DNA of 64,000 bases from Balanoglossus misakiensis (Eukaryota > Animalia > Hemichordata), in assembly GCA_040954595.2 (NCBI GenBank), contig CM082593.2, forward strand, positions 5,163,434 through 5,227,433, read 5' to 3'. The notes beneath the pieces are model-generated. The model worked only from the letters and a program-made list of their open reading frames with translations. It was not told where the DNA came from and made no database searches. Shown here piece by piece: positions 12,808-24,739 of this stretch; the stretch's first letter is position 1; the number at the start of each line of letters is the position of its first letter. A program made the translations under genes and the position numbers.

Positions 12808-15142
12808 ATTTACCCAAAAATTATCAGTTCAGCGGAAGGGAATTTAATGAAGTTGCATTTAGAACTTGTAAAAGCTTTGCTTTGATCTGCAAGTCATTTA
12901 TCACAACTTATATTACATTTGTTAAACTATTACTTTAATTTTGTAGTGCTGAGTTAATTATAAAAGAGTTTGTTTGTTTGTATCGGTTAACGACAAGCTA
13001 ATTTATCAAGCTCGCTATAAAAAGTTATTTTCAATAATTCAGTTCCTCTCGTTTTTTGTTTTGTTTTAAGTGTTATTTTCGTATTAAAAAGACTATTGAT
13101 TCTCATTGATTTCGAGAAACTAAGACATAACGCAGTGGATTATAGTTCAGGGCTATGTTAGCTGAAGGTGACGAAACATGTTCTTGTCAATGAAATATTT
13201 GCCGGTGCATTGCGTAATAATGTAAGGCAATCTTTAATATTAACCACAAAGCCAACAGTTTATCTGTAAGATGCGTTGGTTTAGGTCACAAGGAATGATG
13301 GGTGTGGCATAATGGTATTACACGGCGCACAGGTGTTGAAGCTTTAGTTTTATACAGCGCGTGTTTTCAGATGTGTTCGATGGTTCATGGTGCTCGTTCG
13401 ATTGCATAATGTGTGGTTTTACAAGTTTTCTTTCCCCGGCAAGCATATTTATTTCTCTGTCGGCCGTTGGCATGGTTGTCGTTGCCGCAGAGATGCCGTT
13501 CATGTTACGACGGCGTGTTGTGACGTCAGTCCGGTCGGGCTGAATTTCAAGATGATGGCCAATTAGAATGAAGAAGACTATGAGGGTTTGGTAAAACAAG
13601 TGTAAACTTGTTCGCCAGTTGGAAAGTGGCATTATAGTATTCTTGCTCTGGAGTGCTAGCATGCGTGGAGGGAATCCTATGTCTCTGTTTGTTTAGTTTT
13701 GTCCTGGTTAAGGAGATTATCTGATAAACATCGAAGATTTGGGCGTTACTACTGTGTTACCTTGGAAGCGGGTCAAGGGTAGAAGGACCATGTTTTATCA
13801 TGCAAGAGTAATTGAATACCATGTTTGAGTTGCGCTGTTGTTTTAAAAAGGATTATCACCACATACATGTAGTAGTGCATGGGCAGATTCGATAGTTTAG
13901 TCTTTCTCGGTGAATGTTTCTTCGGCAGCGCCATCATTGGCGAGACGGAAAGCTCACGAGAGCGGCAGCAAGCAAACTAGCGCAGACGCAGAAAGGCAAA
14001 CGACGGAGAGAGATACGCCCCCTCTCGGCTGTCAACGTTGTCGATGAAAAAAACCCTAAGTGCAAAATGTTTAGCCAGTGCCATTCCAAACTCTCTCAGG
14101 GTTCCTGCTGTGCTTTGCACCAGAAGTATCTGAAATATCTGTTCTCAATAAAACATGTACATCATTAAAAATAGTTATTTAAGTGCATTATTATCATTAT
14201 AATATGAATAGTACCTGCTTACGATCTCAGCTTCATGGCTTGTGTCCTTAGCAACAATGTGATATAATAATGGTTGACGCTGTAGTATGTTTTCTTCAAC
14301 AGATGCTTATCAAAAAACACAGTAAGGACGTCAGTGAGATTAGCAAAAGATGACAGGTGGGCCACACTGGGTCACACTTGACGTATTTTTCGCGCGGGAT
14401 ATAATACCTGTTGCTGAAGATTCTGCTGGAAAATGTCTTGAATTTGGTCACCATAAAAACCAAAAAATCTCGAAAGCCATGAAGTACATTTAATCACTTA
14501 TGGTAAGTCACAATAGTTTATTTTGTGCACGAACACTGACAAACATGGGAAAATTCTTTATGAGAAAAGGTACAAAGTCCGTGCAAGCAGTGTGTGTACC
14601 TTGGCTACCAGCTAAACACTTTCTCAATGTATCAAAAGTATACAGAATTATTACTGAAAGGTGTCAATTATTAATGCATATTTTCTTATATGTCATAACA
14701 AAGCGAAAATGAACAGTTTTTTTAACGACTTCTCCCTGAGTCTATTTATTGTATATAAGCATTCGCGTTCGAACGGAGAACGTATATGAAGAACAAGTTT
14801 GAACGCGTTATACAGTGTCGTGAGTAAACGAAAGAAGGGATAATTTATCGCGATACACAATAGAACAGAAAACTTTGAGATCCTCTACAAACATTTATTT
14901 GTACAAGTTGATTGATTTTGTTTTTCTTTCAATGCTATAAGGCAGGCTTGACATCTTGACTGATCAAATGAAATATCTCAAATGCCTTCGTAGCCTTCGT
15001 ATTCAATATCAACATTTATAGAGCCAGATGAAGTATATTGTTAGTTGTTTTACTTTAGTTTACTAAAAGCACGTTAAACACGTACCACATTTGATGTCCT
15101 GAACAAACGTCGGGTATCCATGAATTCTTTTTATCAGGTGAG

Positions 15143-18100
15143 ATGACTAAAATTGCCAGTATGTTGGGAAGTAATTGGATAAAGAGATACTACGTATTCG
15201 GTCAAACCAAGAGTGCCTGTTCGACTGTGCAGAGTTTCTGGTTGTTCTTCTCCCTGATGTTGGTGCTCCAAGATCAAAGTAAGAGTTGTACCCGGTACTG
15301 TTGAAATTTACTCGTGAACAGACATGCCAGTGAAATAGGGGAATTTGATTTCTCTAGCTGCTATGACCTTTGGTAACTTTGTCAATTTTACTTGAGCATT
15401 TCTCCAAAGCTTAATTTTTGACGATATATTCATTGCTATGTCAGTTTCAGCAAATCTTCCGCCAGTATTTGCGGATATACCGCACACGTTTCCGACTAAA
15501 TCCTACGACATGGACGGCGAGAATTACCGGGAAGACACGCCCACAGGTGAGCATGCGCATTTACTGAACGTGAAGTAGTACTAACAATTTATTGCAGTTG
15601 TGAGTTGAGTTGTAACAACTGGTCCGTTTTAGCATGTTTCCGTGGGCAGAATGACACCCAATAGCCCAGCAAACGAAATAAAATAACCCTAAAATGTGAC
15701 GACTGTGTTCCTAATAGTTGGATGGTTAAGTGTAGCTTGATAGATTTAAGAAACACGTAGACATTTCCTTTGCCACTTGACACCTTTAAAGCCCTAACCC
15801 TTAATCGCAGGTACTCATTTGTATACACTCGTTGTCACGGACCCGGATGGTGATTGCGTTTCCATTGGCATAACAACCGGAAGTGAATATTTCCAGACTC
15901 GTAATGTGAATTGCACGCATACGAATGTGACGCTGGTCAAAAAATTTGATTACGAGGTACGTACACTTTAAAAAATATATTGTCTATTTGGAATGTGTGA
16001 ATATTCGCCTTTTTTACTTCAGGTAGAACACATCTCTAAAAGTCTCGATGCAGAGGTATCTCACCGATTTTCTCTTCTTATTTAGGACTTAACTCGACAT
16101 TCCGTCAGATGGACGCTCGATGATGGTGTAAATCCAGTGAGTAATGCTATCATCATGCTATTAGATAAACGTTACCTCAGCTGGGCATCATGGTGATTCT
16201 GTCAATTTCTGTTTTTCATTTTCTAGTTGCCATCTGACGTCACGATTTACGTCACCGATATCAATGACAACGCTCCCGTGTTCCAAGATTTACCATACAC
16301 TGCTGATGTGTCTGAGGTAAGAGGTCGAAAAATAAACAAAAACGCTACCTACCTGTTTACTAAATACCTACATTGATGTATACATGTACATAGCAGTCAC
16401 CCATACGGAGACAGAAATGATTGTTTTTAAATGGCTGTTTATATTTTTAACAGGACACGCCAATCGACACCACCATATTTACATTCAGTGCCGTGGATGA
16501 CGACTGGAGTTCAAATGGACAGGTTGACTTTACAATAGAAAGTGTAAGTGTTGGTATTTTATTTCTTGCCATATAGTTCTGGTATCTTGAGAACTTAGGT
16601 CAGTGATGCTTTGCGTATGAAGGGCACAGTTACGTGTTTAGTGTATCCAAGCAGATAACGGATGAGTTTGGGAACGTGTCATTGATACATGTATAACCGT
16701 ATTTCAGGACACTGTCGGACTATTTCGCTTGGAAGTAGACCAGAACGTCAACGGCAAAGCCAGTATAATTTTGAACGGGAGTCTTGACTACGAAGGGTCA
16801 ATAGGTCACGAGATAATAATCAACGCCACGGTGAGTAGCAAAGCCCCATATCTAATGAGTAAGAATAAATCTGACCGTATGAAAGTTTCCCCAAGGTACT
16901 AGATAAACATTCAACTTAAAAGTGCCTCCAGTCTTACGCGTTCTATTCTTATTTGTTTCAGGACAGGGGTCATGACCCTATCGGTTTGTTTACTATTAAT
17001 AAACTATCGATAAACGTCGGAGATGTTCAAGACACGCCGCCATTTTGGATTGGTGAACCTTACCAAGTTTTGATATTCGACTCCACGCCTGTTGTAAGTA
17101 ACATTTTAAGTTTATCTCATTTTAGGCTTAATATGTGTTTTTTGTAATAATTTGTTTCTCCCTCGCTAATAAACTCTTCACAATTGGTTTACTTTTACGG
17201 TAAATATCCGTCCATTATCATAGCATTCTCTCTACTGACCATCTCTCTATCATCGCACACTTCAGGGCAAAGTGGTCACTATAGTAACGGCTCGTGATGG
17301 AGATAGGTTTAATCCGAACGAAGTGATGTATACAACGCTAAATGGTGAGTCTACTTCATACTCTTTGAATGGGATATTATATCATATATAAACACATGCA
17401 CTTTAGTTTTGAAAACTATAATGTGAAATCCAACGATAGCTGATATGTTAACCATTTTCATTGGTTCTTTATCTGCTCATTCATCGCAATTTCGAATGAA
17501 GACTCTCTCATTGAATTATACTTCAATGTGTCCAGCGTAACGGGGGAAATTACGATCTCGCAAGAGTTGGATGATGACGTCATAGGCCTGAACAATCTGA
17601 CAGTCGTGGTGAGTAGTTCAAGGGCACAGACTGTAGTCGTGCGCATGCGTTGCAGAAGTAATACTATAAATAAACGTAAAATTAATGTTCATTTTTGAGT
17701 GCGATGATTAGTTGAAGTTTCGAAGCCATTCGCCCCAACACAAGAATCCTCCTTTGCGGTTTATGGATCCAACCACTTTTATTTCTACGACAGGCTATCG
17801 AAGAGGATCATTACCAAAATTTCTCGGCAAAATCGTCGACTTCGCTTGTCTACATTGAAGTCCTTAAATCGGCGGTAAGGATTGACTTACAACTATCCGG
17901 ATAATAATCACGAATTTCTACGCGATTCACATGATAAAAGACAAGTCTTTTTTCCAGATATATTAATATTGGAATTTATTGAAATCATCGCATCACAGAT
18001 ATGAATGTGTGGTCATACGTGGTAACAAAACTCGGGGGGTTACACAACTCTCACTGCGCGTTATTGTTATCGGTGGTCGGAGGGTCTTCGGTATTTATTG

Positions 18101-18440
18101 GTTATGGAAATGATGACACGGGCTGTACTAACATTTCCCCTCCAGGAGGAAGCAACACCAGGTCCTGATTTGTCTGGTGTAGTGTCGGGAATTATGGCGT
18201 TGTTGATCACAGCCGGAGTTGCCATTTTTCTCCTGGCGATATTTATATACCACCAAGGCGAAAATATGTAAGTGTTATTTTGTTTTGTTGCAGTGGGTTT
18301 TGACCTCGATGAAAGCCAGTATTTCGTTTCTGTTTATCAGTACACGTAATCCATTTGCCATGTTGGAACTGTTTTGTTTTATTTTATTTTTTTTTCACAG
18401 AGCAAAAACTAACAAAATACTTTCGGAGTTGGTGAAGTGA
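15143..18440 (+). CDS. Short cadherin-related protein (3 extracellular cadherin repeats, TM, ~20-aa tail), CDHR1/CDH23 family
   Basis: Exons 15143-15278, 15445/15451-15546 (NLPPVF...REDTP), 15811-15956 (TDPDGD...FDYE), 16086-16136, 16227-16316 (DINDNAPVF), 16454-16543, 16708-16830 (LDYE), 16962-17093 (DVQDTPPF), 17266-17344 (ARDGD), 17502-17608, 17794-17874, 18146-18267 (TM), 18401-18440. All GT-AG and phase-compatible. Mostly missed by the ORF track because the exons are short. Confidence 0.8.
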
Positions 18441-19811
18441 TGTGATCGCCCACATCAGCGAGACTATGTAGAACACTTGTTGATCTGAAGTTGCGGAAGG
18501 AACCTTCAGGAAGTCGGTTGTCGGTATAACGCCCTCTGTATTGCGAATGTCCCTCGATTTTTTCATCGACACCCATGGGGGGGGGGGGGGGGGGGGTCCT
18601 GACAAAACAAATTCAACTGATTCTTTCTAAGTGCGGCGTGTGACGCATGTGTATATTTTAAAATACAAATTTAACGGTTTTGTTTGCTATCTATTGAATT
18701 ATGTTAGAGATTTTTTTTTTTCACAAAACAGACTGACTGTTTGGTTTTGGTGTTTACAGTTGTAAGAAATACTGATTATATCGAAAATTGTTATGCGTCA
18801 GTCTTGTAACTATTGAAAAGTACCAAGAAAGAGAAAGACACAACTAATTATTTGCTGGAAAAATAAATTTAAAGCTTTATTTACCAATAGATTAAAATCG
18901 ATACCATTCAATCTAAAATAATTAAGTACATTTGAAATTTCATTGCTTCTTTCGATGGTAACATTGCAAAATTATCACAAAACTCGACATTTGAAAGAAA
19001 TAGCTTCTGGCAGATCTGAGTATTGGTACATCTTTGGCAACTGCATGCATGACATGTATAACCCATTCATGGAATGGTATTGGTCTAGAAAATTCCATCA
19101 CGCTCTTGGCAGGTGGTAACATAGCCCGTCGAACGCCTATCAGAAGTGCGTTCTGAGTCACGTGATTAGACTGTTCGAAGCGTGTTCGCGGAGAATCTTC
19201 TTGGCTGCGTTCGCATGAGGACCTCGTGAATCGGCGCTGTGTAACTTTACCCGATTTTGTCCGCCTACTCTCCACTTTCGATTTTTTACCAAGGCCTGGA
19301 TCGACGCTGTTGTCGGGTTTAGTCGACGGATGCTGTTTGGGGGACCGTCTTTTTTAGTTGTACGCAAAAAAACAGACTACAAAAACTCGGGAGTGTATGC
19401 GCTCTGGGCACCGTACTCCTCACGGGATCTGTTCACGCAGGTCAGCGCAGCACCTTGGGTTTTTGTTTCTCGTCCATTTTACTTTTATTTTAGCCTTGTA
19501 TAGCGTTTATTTATTTTGGTGGTCTTCGTCTAATGAGACCTCTGCGTGTTCAGTCAAATTTTAAAGCGACCGTTGTTTCTGCATAGAAATTATTCAGTGA
19601 TATTGCGTCCGGTAAATTCTCGAGTATGGCTACTGCTTAGGTAGTATGCGAGGGATACGAATTTATCGCAGGGCGAGGGGGGGGGGGGTGTTTTTAACAA
19701 AAATATTCTTTATATGTACGTATATCAGGGTCAAGACAATAGTGTGATTGTATACGCTCTTTGTAGTCTGGCCAGCTAAAAATGGCTGACAGTCTTAAAT
19801 TTGTGCAGCTA

Positions 19812-22009
19812 TTAGGTCTTATGAAAGTATACTTTTTTAGTCAGCATAGATATATAACAGGGGCACTGTTTGGTGTCAACCATTTCAGGATCAGTCGCGA
19901 GGTCGCCCTCAACCTTTCTCTCGGACACGATTCTGGTCACAACCGCCATTATCTCGTTGATTTCGAAGTCAGCGCCGTGTTTTGCTAAGACATGCGAGAG
20001 CGCTTGTACAAACCACGAACCATGGCCCTTTTCAAGATGAGAGCAATAGCCTGCAATTTCAATCACACGAAAACGTTAGCAGAAATGTCGAGCGATTAGT
20101 TCAAAGGTCAAAGGGCAAAAGTCACGTAGAAAAACGCATAATTATGTGAATACGACAGATAAATATTCAAGTTTAATTTACCCCCCCCCCCTCCCCCGTA
20201 GCAGAAATGTCGAGCGACTAATTCAAAGGTCAAAGGGCAAAAGTTTCGTAGAAAAACGCATAATTATGTGAGCACGACAGATGAATATTCAAGTTTAATT
20301 TACCCCCCCCCCTCCCCCGTAAGGTGTTCATGAACGCTGCCTTTTTCTCACCTTGCGTGGTTGAATAAGCCACGAGGAAATCGGCTCCTGCCGGAATTGT
20401 GTGTTTTTCTCGTCTGGCCGCATCCACATCTGTCATTGGTTCAACTTCGTCCATGACGTCAGCAGAATCAGCTGCGTCGACAGCTGTTTCATACCTGCCT
20501 CCTTGAGAAGCCTTGAAACAATGAATGCAACAAGTCACATGACATGAATGCGAAATGAACGTATTGAAGTGTGTGACGTAACCGAAATTACGCTTCGAAT
20601 TTAAACTTTCTCTCTAATCTCATGGGGGCTTATGTCGCTTTCAGAGGAAATATATAGAGACGAAAAAAAAACTCACTTCAATGAAGAAAAGTTTTGGTTT
20701 TCCGGCTAGGGTCGGACACGTATCAGCTCTGAAGTTATCAATCAGGTCTTGTAATATGATAATTCCATCATGGGCATAAACCGCGCTTTCAGCTCCATGA
20801 CTTAGAAATACACAGACGAAAGCGTCACAGTCCGAATGGTCCGCTCTGGAGGCTGGGAGAGAGATATAGAATGTCCTGGTCTATGCCTTGTGTACTTTAG
20901 GCAATAGGCATGCCAACATATTCGGCTATACTTTGCTTTTTGATTTTTCACAGAGCATTAAAAAAATCAAACCACTCTAAACCAAGGCTAGCTCTGACAG
21001 CAATTGGAAATATTTTGTTTAAGATAGGAAAAGTTAATTTTGTTTAAAAGAATCACAACACTGCGCACACGTACGCGTGTACCTTCAAATATGACGTCAT
21101 TAACCTTCTCAACGGTGGCGTCTTGGTGTACGCAGACCTCAAAACCCAATTCTTGAAATCTCTCAGAGAGACACTCGGCATCGGCTTGAGTGCCAACCCT
21201 TGCGTTCATCGCCACTCTCCAGTGGAAGGTTTCATGGTTGAAAATAATTGCACGGCCACGTCTGCCGTTCTCCATACTGTATCGCTCGTCGGGCGTGTGC
21301 ATTTTTACAATCGGTGTCGAAGGAGCACTGCAAAGGATAAACGTCCAGCATGCAGTAAAAACTACAAGGTACATACACTGTACAATGGAACTCTAAATAA
21401 CGCACACTCGTTGCTGTGCTTGGTACGACTTTGCAATTGGCCAAAGGTGCTTCGAAGGGAAGTAGGCAATGTCACCATGCAAGCGGAAACGAGGCAACAG
21501 GTGTTTGTACACATGCATGGGGCCAATTTCAAATTAACACTTGCCCTAACCCTAGTCGCAACAGCTGATCGGTGGGAAATATTCGGGTGTTAAATCAATT
21601 GCCCCGGTGCCAAAGTTCTGTGACCTTGTAAGTGCGCAGGGGTGATGCTTCGATAAAAATTTGGACGGGTTAGCAGACCCTCTACCTGAAACTCTACTCG
21701 CTTCCAAACCATTGAAACTCCTATTGAATTTATTGACCCGACCCCCTTCTCAATCTCACACTTTACGGTTTCACACGAATAAAGGAGAAATCATGGCCGA
21801 ACGTGACCCAGTTCTTAGTTCTAAGCACAACGGCCAACGCAATCGTTTTTACAGGCGATCGCGATTCACGGAGGCAAAATATAAAAAGCCGGTCGCACCC
21901 TGGCAAAAATACTTCGAAGTTCTTACCTCAGTCTTCCAAACCATCGGCTGGTGAAGGCGTCAACTTCGGTTTGTCCACCTCTGTGTTCAGAATCGACGTT
22001 GGTTTCCAT
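19812..22009 (-). CDS. Caspase-6 paralogue lacking the catalytic cysteine (pseudo-caspase), intact reading frame
   Basis: Exons 22009-21927 (METNVD...TEVDAF), 21327-21083, 20852-20677 (LSHG...KPKLFFIE), 20511-20352 (ASQGG...IPAGADFLVAYST), 20050-19812 (GSWFVQAL...SMLTKKVYF). Same five-exon structure as the neighbouring active caspase. Confidence 0.88.
20077..20321. repeat. Tandem duplication, 2 x ~122 bp, in the last intron of the pseudo-caspase
   Basis: TAGCAGAAATGTCGAGCGA...AATTTAC(C)nTCCCCC starts at 20077 and again at 20199, with a few substitutions. Confidence 0.9.
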
Positions 22010-24739
22010 TTCTAAACAAGGCAGCCATAAAAATCACATCGATTGTGGTTAATAGCGTTTTGTGTGTACTGTACTAAAAGTCAATAGTGTGAATTGTAAA
22101 TAATTATGTGGGTTTCGATTTGCGTCGGTATAACACGGTCGGGCGGAGTTCAACTATTCGCCACAGAACTGTAGTACATGTAATATTATACAAACTGAAA
22201 CGATGCATGTCACGTGATTTTCTGGTTATATGGTCGACTCTACGTCTACTTGTAATTTTTTTTCGGGTGTGACGTTACGATCGTTCTTGGGGAAAATTTG
22301 TCACCCCCTGTTGCTGCTAGCTTTCTTCTTTTGTGTGTATGGGTCTAAATTTTGGATTATAATATTTCAGAAATGAGAAAATGTCGCTCGATACTTTAGA
22401 CTGACTACGTGTATTTCGGTTAGGTTACCTGAGTACCACAGGTCTTAAAGCTTTGTACCATTGATCGCTATCGCCACTGTTCGTGGAACGTCACGTGGTA
22501 TGTCAAAGTTTTGTGTTATCACAAACATACTTTTAAAGAAAAAAATCAAACCTGATTCTCCTTGTCCACATGGATTCTGTTTCAAGGTCACAGAGAATAA
22601 CGTCAGTAACAGTAGTAGGCCTGTAGCGTTTGTTTCACCGATAGAGGAAGGTTTATTGAAGTGTTGACGTGATTTGGAGAGCTAGAACGTAGACAAAGGC
22701 ATGAAAAGGTCAACAAGGCCATAGATTATACTGTTTTCAAGGTACGCATAACGTGACATGAGGTCATGGCGTCGCCGCACTTGTTTTTATTGATCGTTAA
22801 TGCGGAGATGGAGAGATGGAAGATCATAAGTTCACCACGTCTGCGCGTGTACGTGTATCGATCCCTATGGCCTGTATGTGGTGTCATTATCCTTTCGACG
22901 GTTTACGGTTGAAGTACTCGTTTCTTGTGATGTTGGCTGTCGAAAAATGCACTGAGACAAGGCAACTTAACATTGCTTGTTTTATTTAAATTCTGAATTA
23001 ATCAGCCAAATTGAATGTACATTTGTTGAACAGTGACAAACAAATACGTATATACTGAACCGCAATGGTAATTACATCAAGCAGAACCCCCATGTCTGAT
23101 CATGTTTTCTACAAGGTTTTAAGGTCGGCAAAATATCACGTAGTATTCTGAGTGCAATCATTAACATTGTGAGCCCGAAAATCCTAGATATTACTAGTAT
23201 ACACTTTGACCTGTGAATTGTTTTAAAACAGACCAATAATTCGGCACTCTGGTCTTGGTAAACTTACATTACACCTCTTTAAATGTACTTGTATCTATAA
23301 TTTAAAATTCTAAAAATCAGTACAAAAATTAATTTTATGGTACACATATTTAAAGTTGTCTGAAATTCTAGTTTTGTCATCAGTTGTGATAAATGGACTA
23401 CTGAGATGTTATTTCAGTTATGGATTTTCAGATAGTATTTTCGAAAATAACGAATTTCGGCGAAGTTTAATTCTGAAATTCATACAATTTCTAGGCAAAG
23501 TGACAAGATCAGTGTAGACAGGATTTTTCATATTAATCACTAGAGGGCGCACATCACACCACGTGATCCGGTCACCGCCCCCTTCAGCCTCGCAATGGTA
23601 CTTGGTACGTGCAATACATGTATTTAGAATTTCAAAAAAGGAGATATATTGCACATGCGAAAATACACAAACAAAACAACGCCAACAAATGAACAAGAAT
23701 TAAAAACCACTTACAGAGAGTAGAGATATTGTTGGAGAAAAACCACTATTCAAGCTATGATGAATTTGAAGGAGTCCTAGCAGGTTTCTTTTTCTTTTTT
23801 ACTTTTTTCTATTTATGTGGCGATCACATTACACAAAATGTACTCATTCATTAAATTCTAGTTGACCTGAGCATGCAACACTGTTATCTTGGTAAACAGA
23901 CATTTTACAATTCTAATAAAACTCTTGAACTATGCATTTTGAATACCACAAAATCCAAACTGGTATTGAAATCATTATTGGCACATTGGTTGTTTAACTA
24001 AATAAATCAGCTGTCATGTTTGCCTGCATGCCAAGCCAAAGTAATTTTTTTTAATTTTTGAATCTTAAAACTGACAAAAATATGATCAGATTGTGATAGA
24101 AGAAATGAAACTACACTTTGTATACACAACTATTGTGCTTTGTACTCTGCAAATAAGGCTACAGTTTGTGAAAATAAAACAGCAAAATCTCTTCCATATA
24201 ATTTTTTGTTTCAAAGGGAAAAGTATATAAAAATGATTAAAGTTTATTGTAACGCTTGAAATTTAGCAAATTTGTGCATTCTCGAAGGAAAAAATCCAAC
24301 TTAAAAATATCCACTTGTGTTCTGTTTTAATACTGTGTACGCAAAAGAAATGAAACACCATATTCATCAAAAAAATATTTGCAAACATACATCAATAACT
24401 CGCAATGATTAAACAACTATAAACAACACAATCTCAACATCTACACTGTCTAGTATTAGTTGCCATGAGTTTCCTAAGTTCGGCAATTAATAAATAACAT
24501 TAGTGACTGCAAAATTTACTACACTATTTTTTTTTACATTTCCAGACATTTACTGCAGTAGGGGAGGGGGTAGAGACAATTATTCAATAGGGTGACACAG
24601 ATCATGACGCTACAAATTCATTTCTTTCATACCATGCCAGCACCATTTCAAAAACTGGTTAGTAATTTTATACAATGACAGCAACACGAGATACTGTAAG
24701 TACGACTATTGCATCTCTCGAATCCGACAACCGACGTTG

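Noticed and set aside
19812-22009. Calling the second caspase a pseudogene
   Set aside because: No frameshift, premature stop or broken splice site across five exons; better treated as a pseudoenzyme pending expression data.
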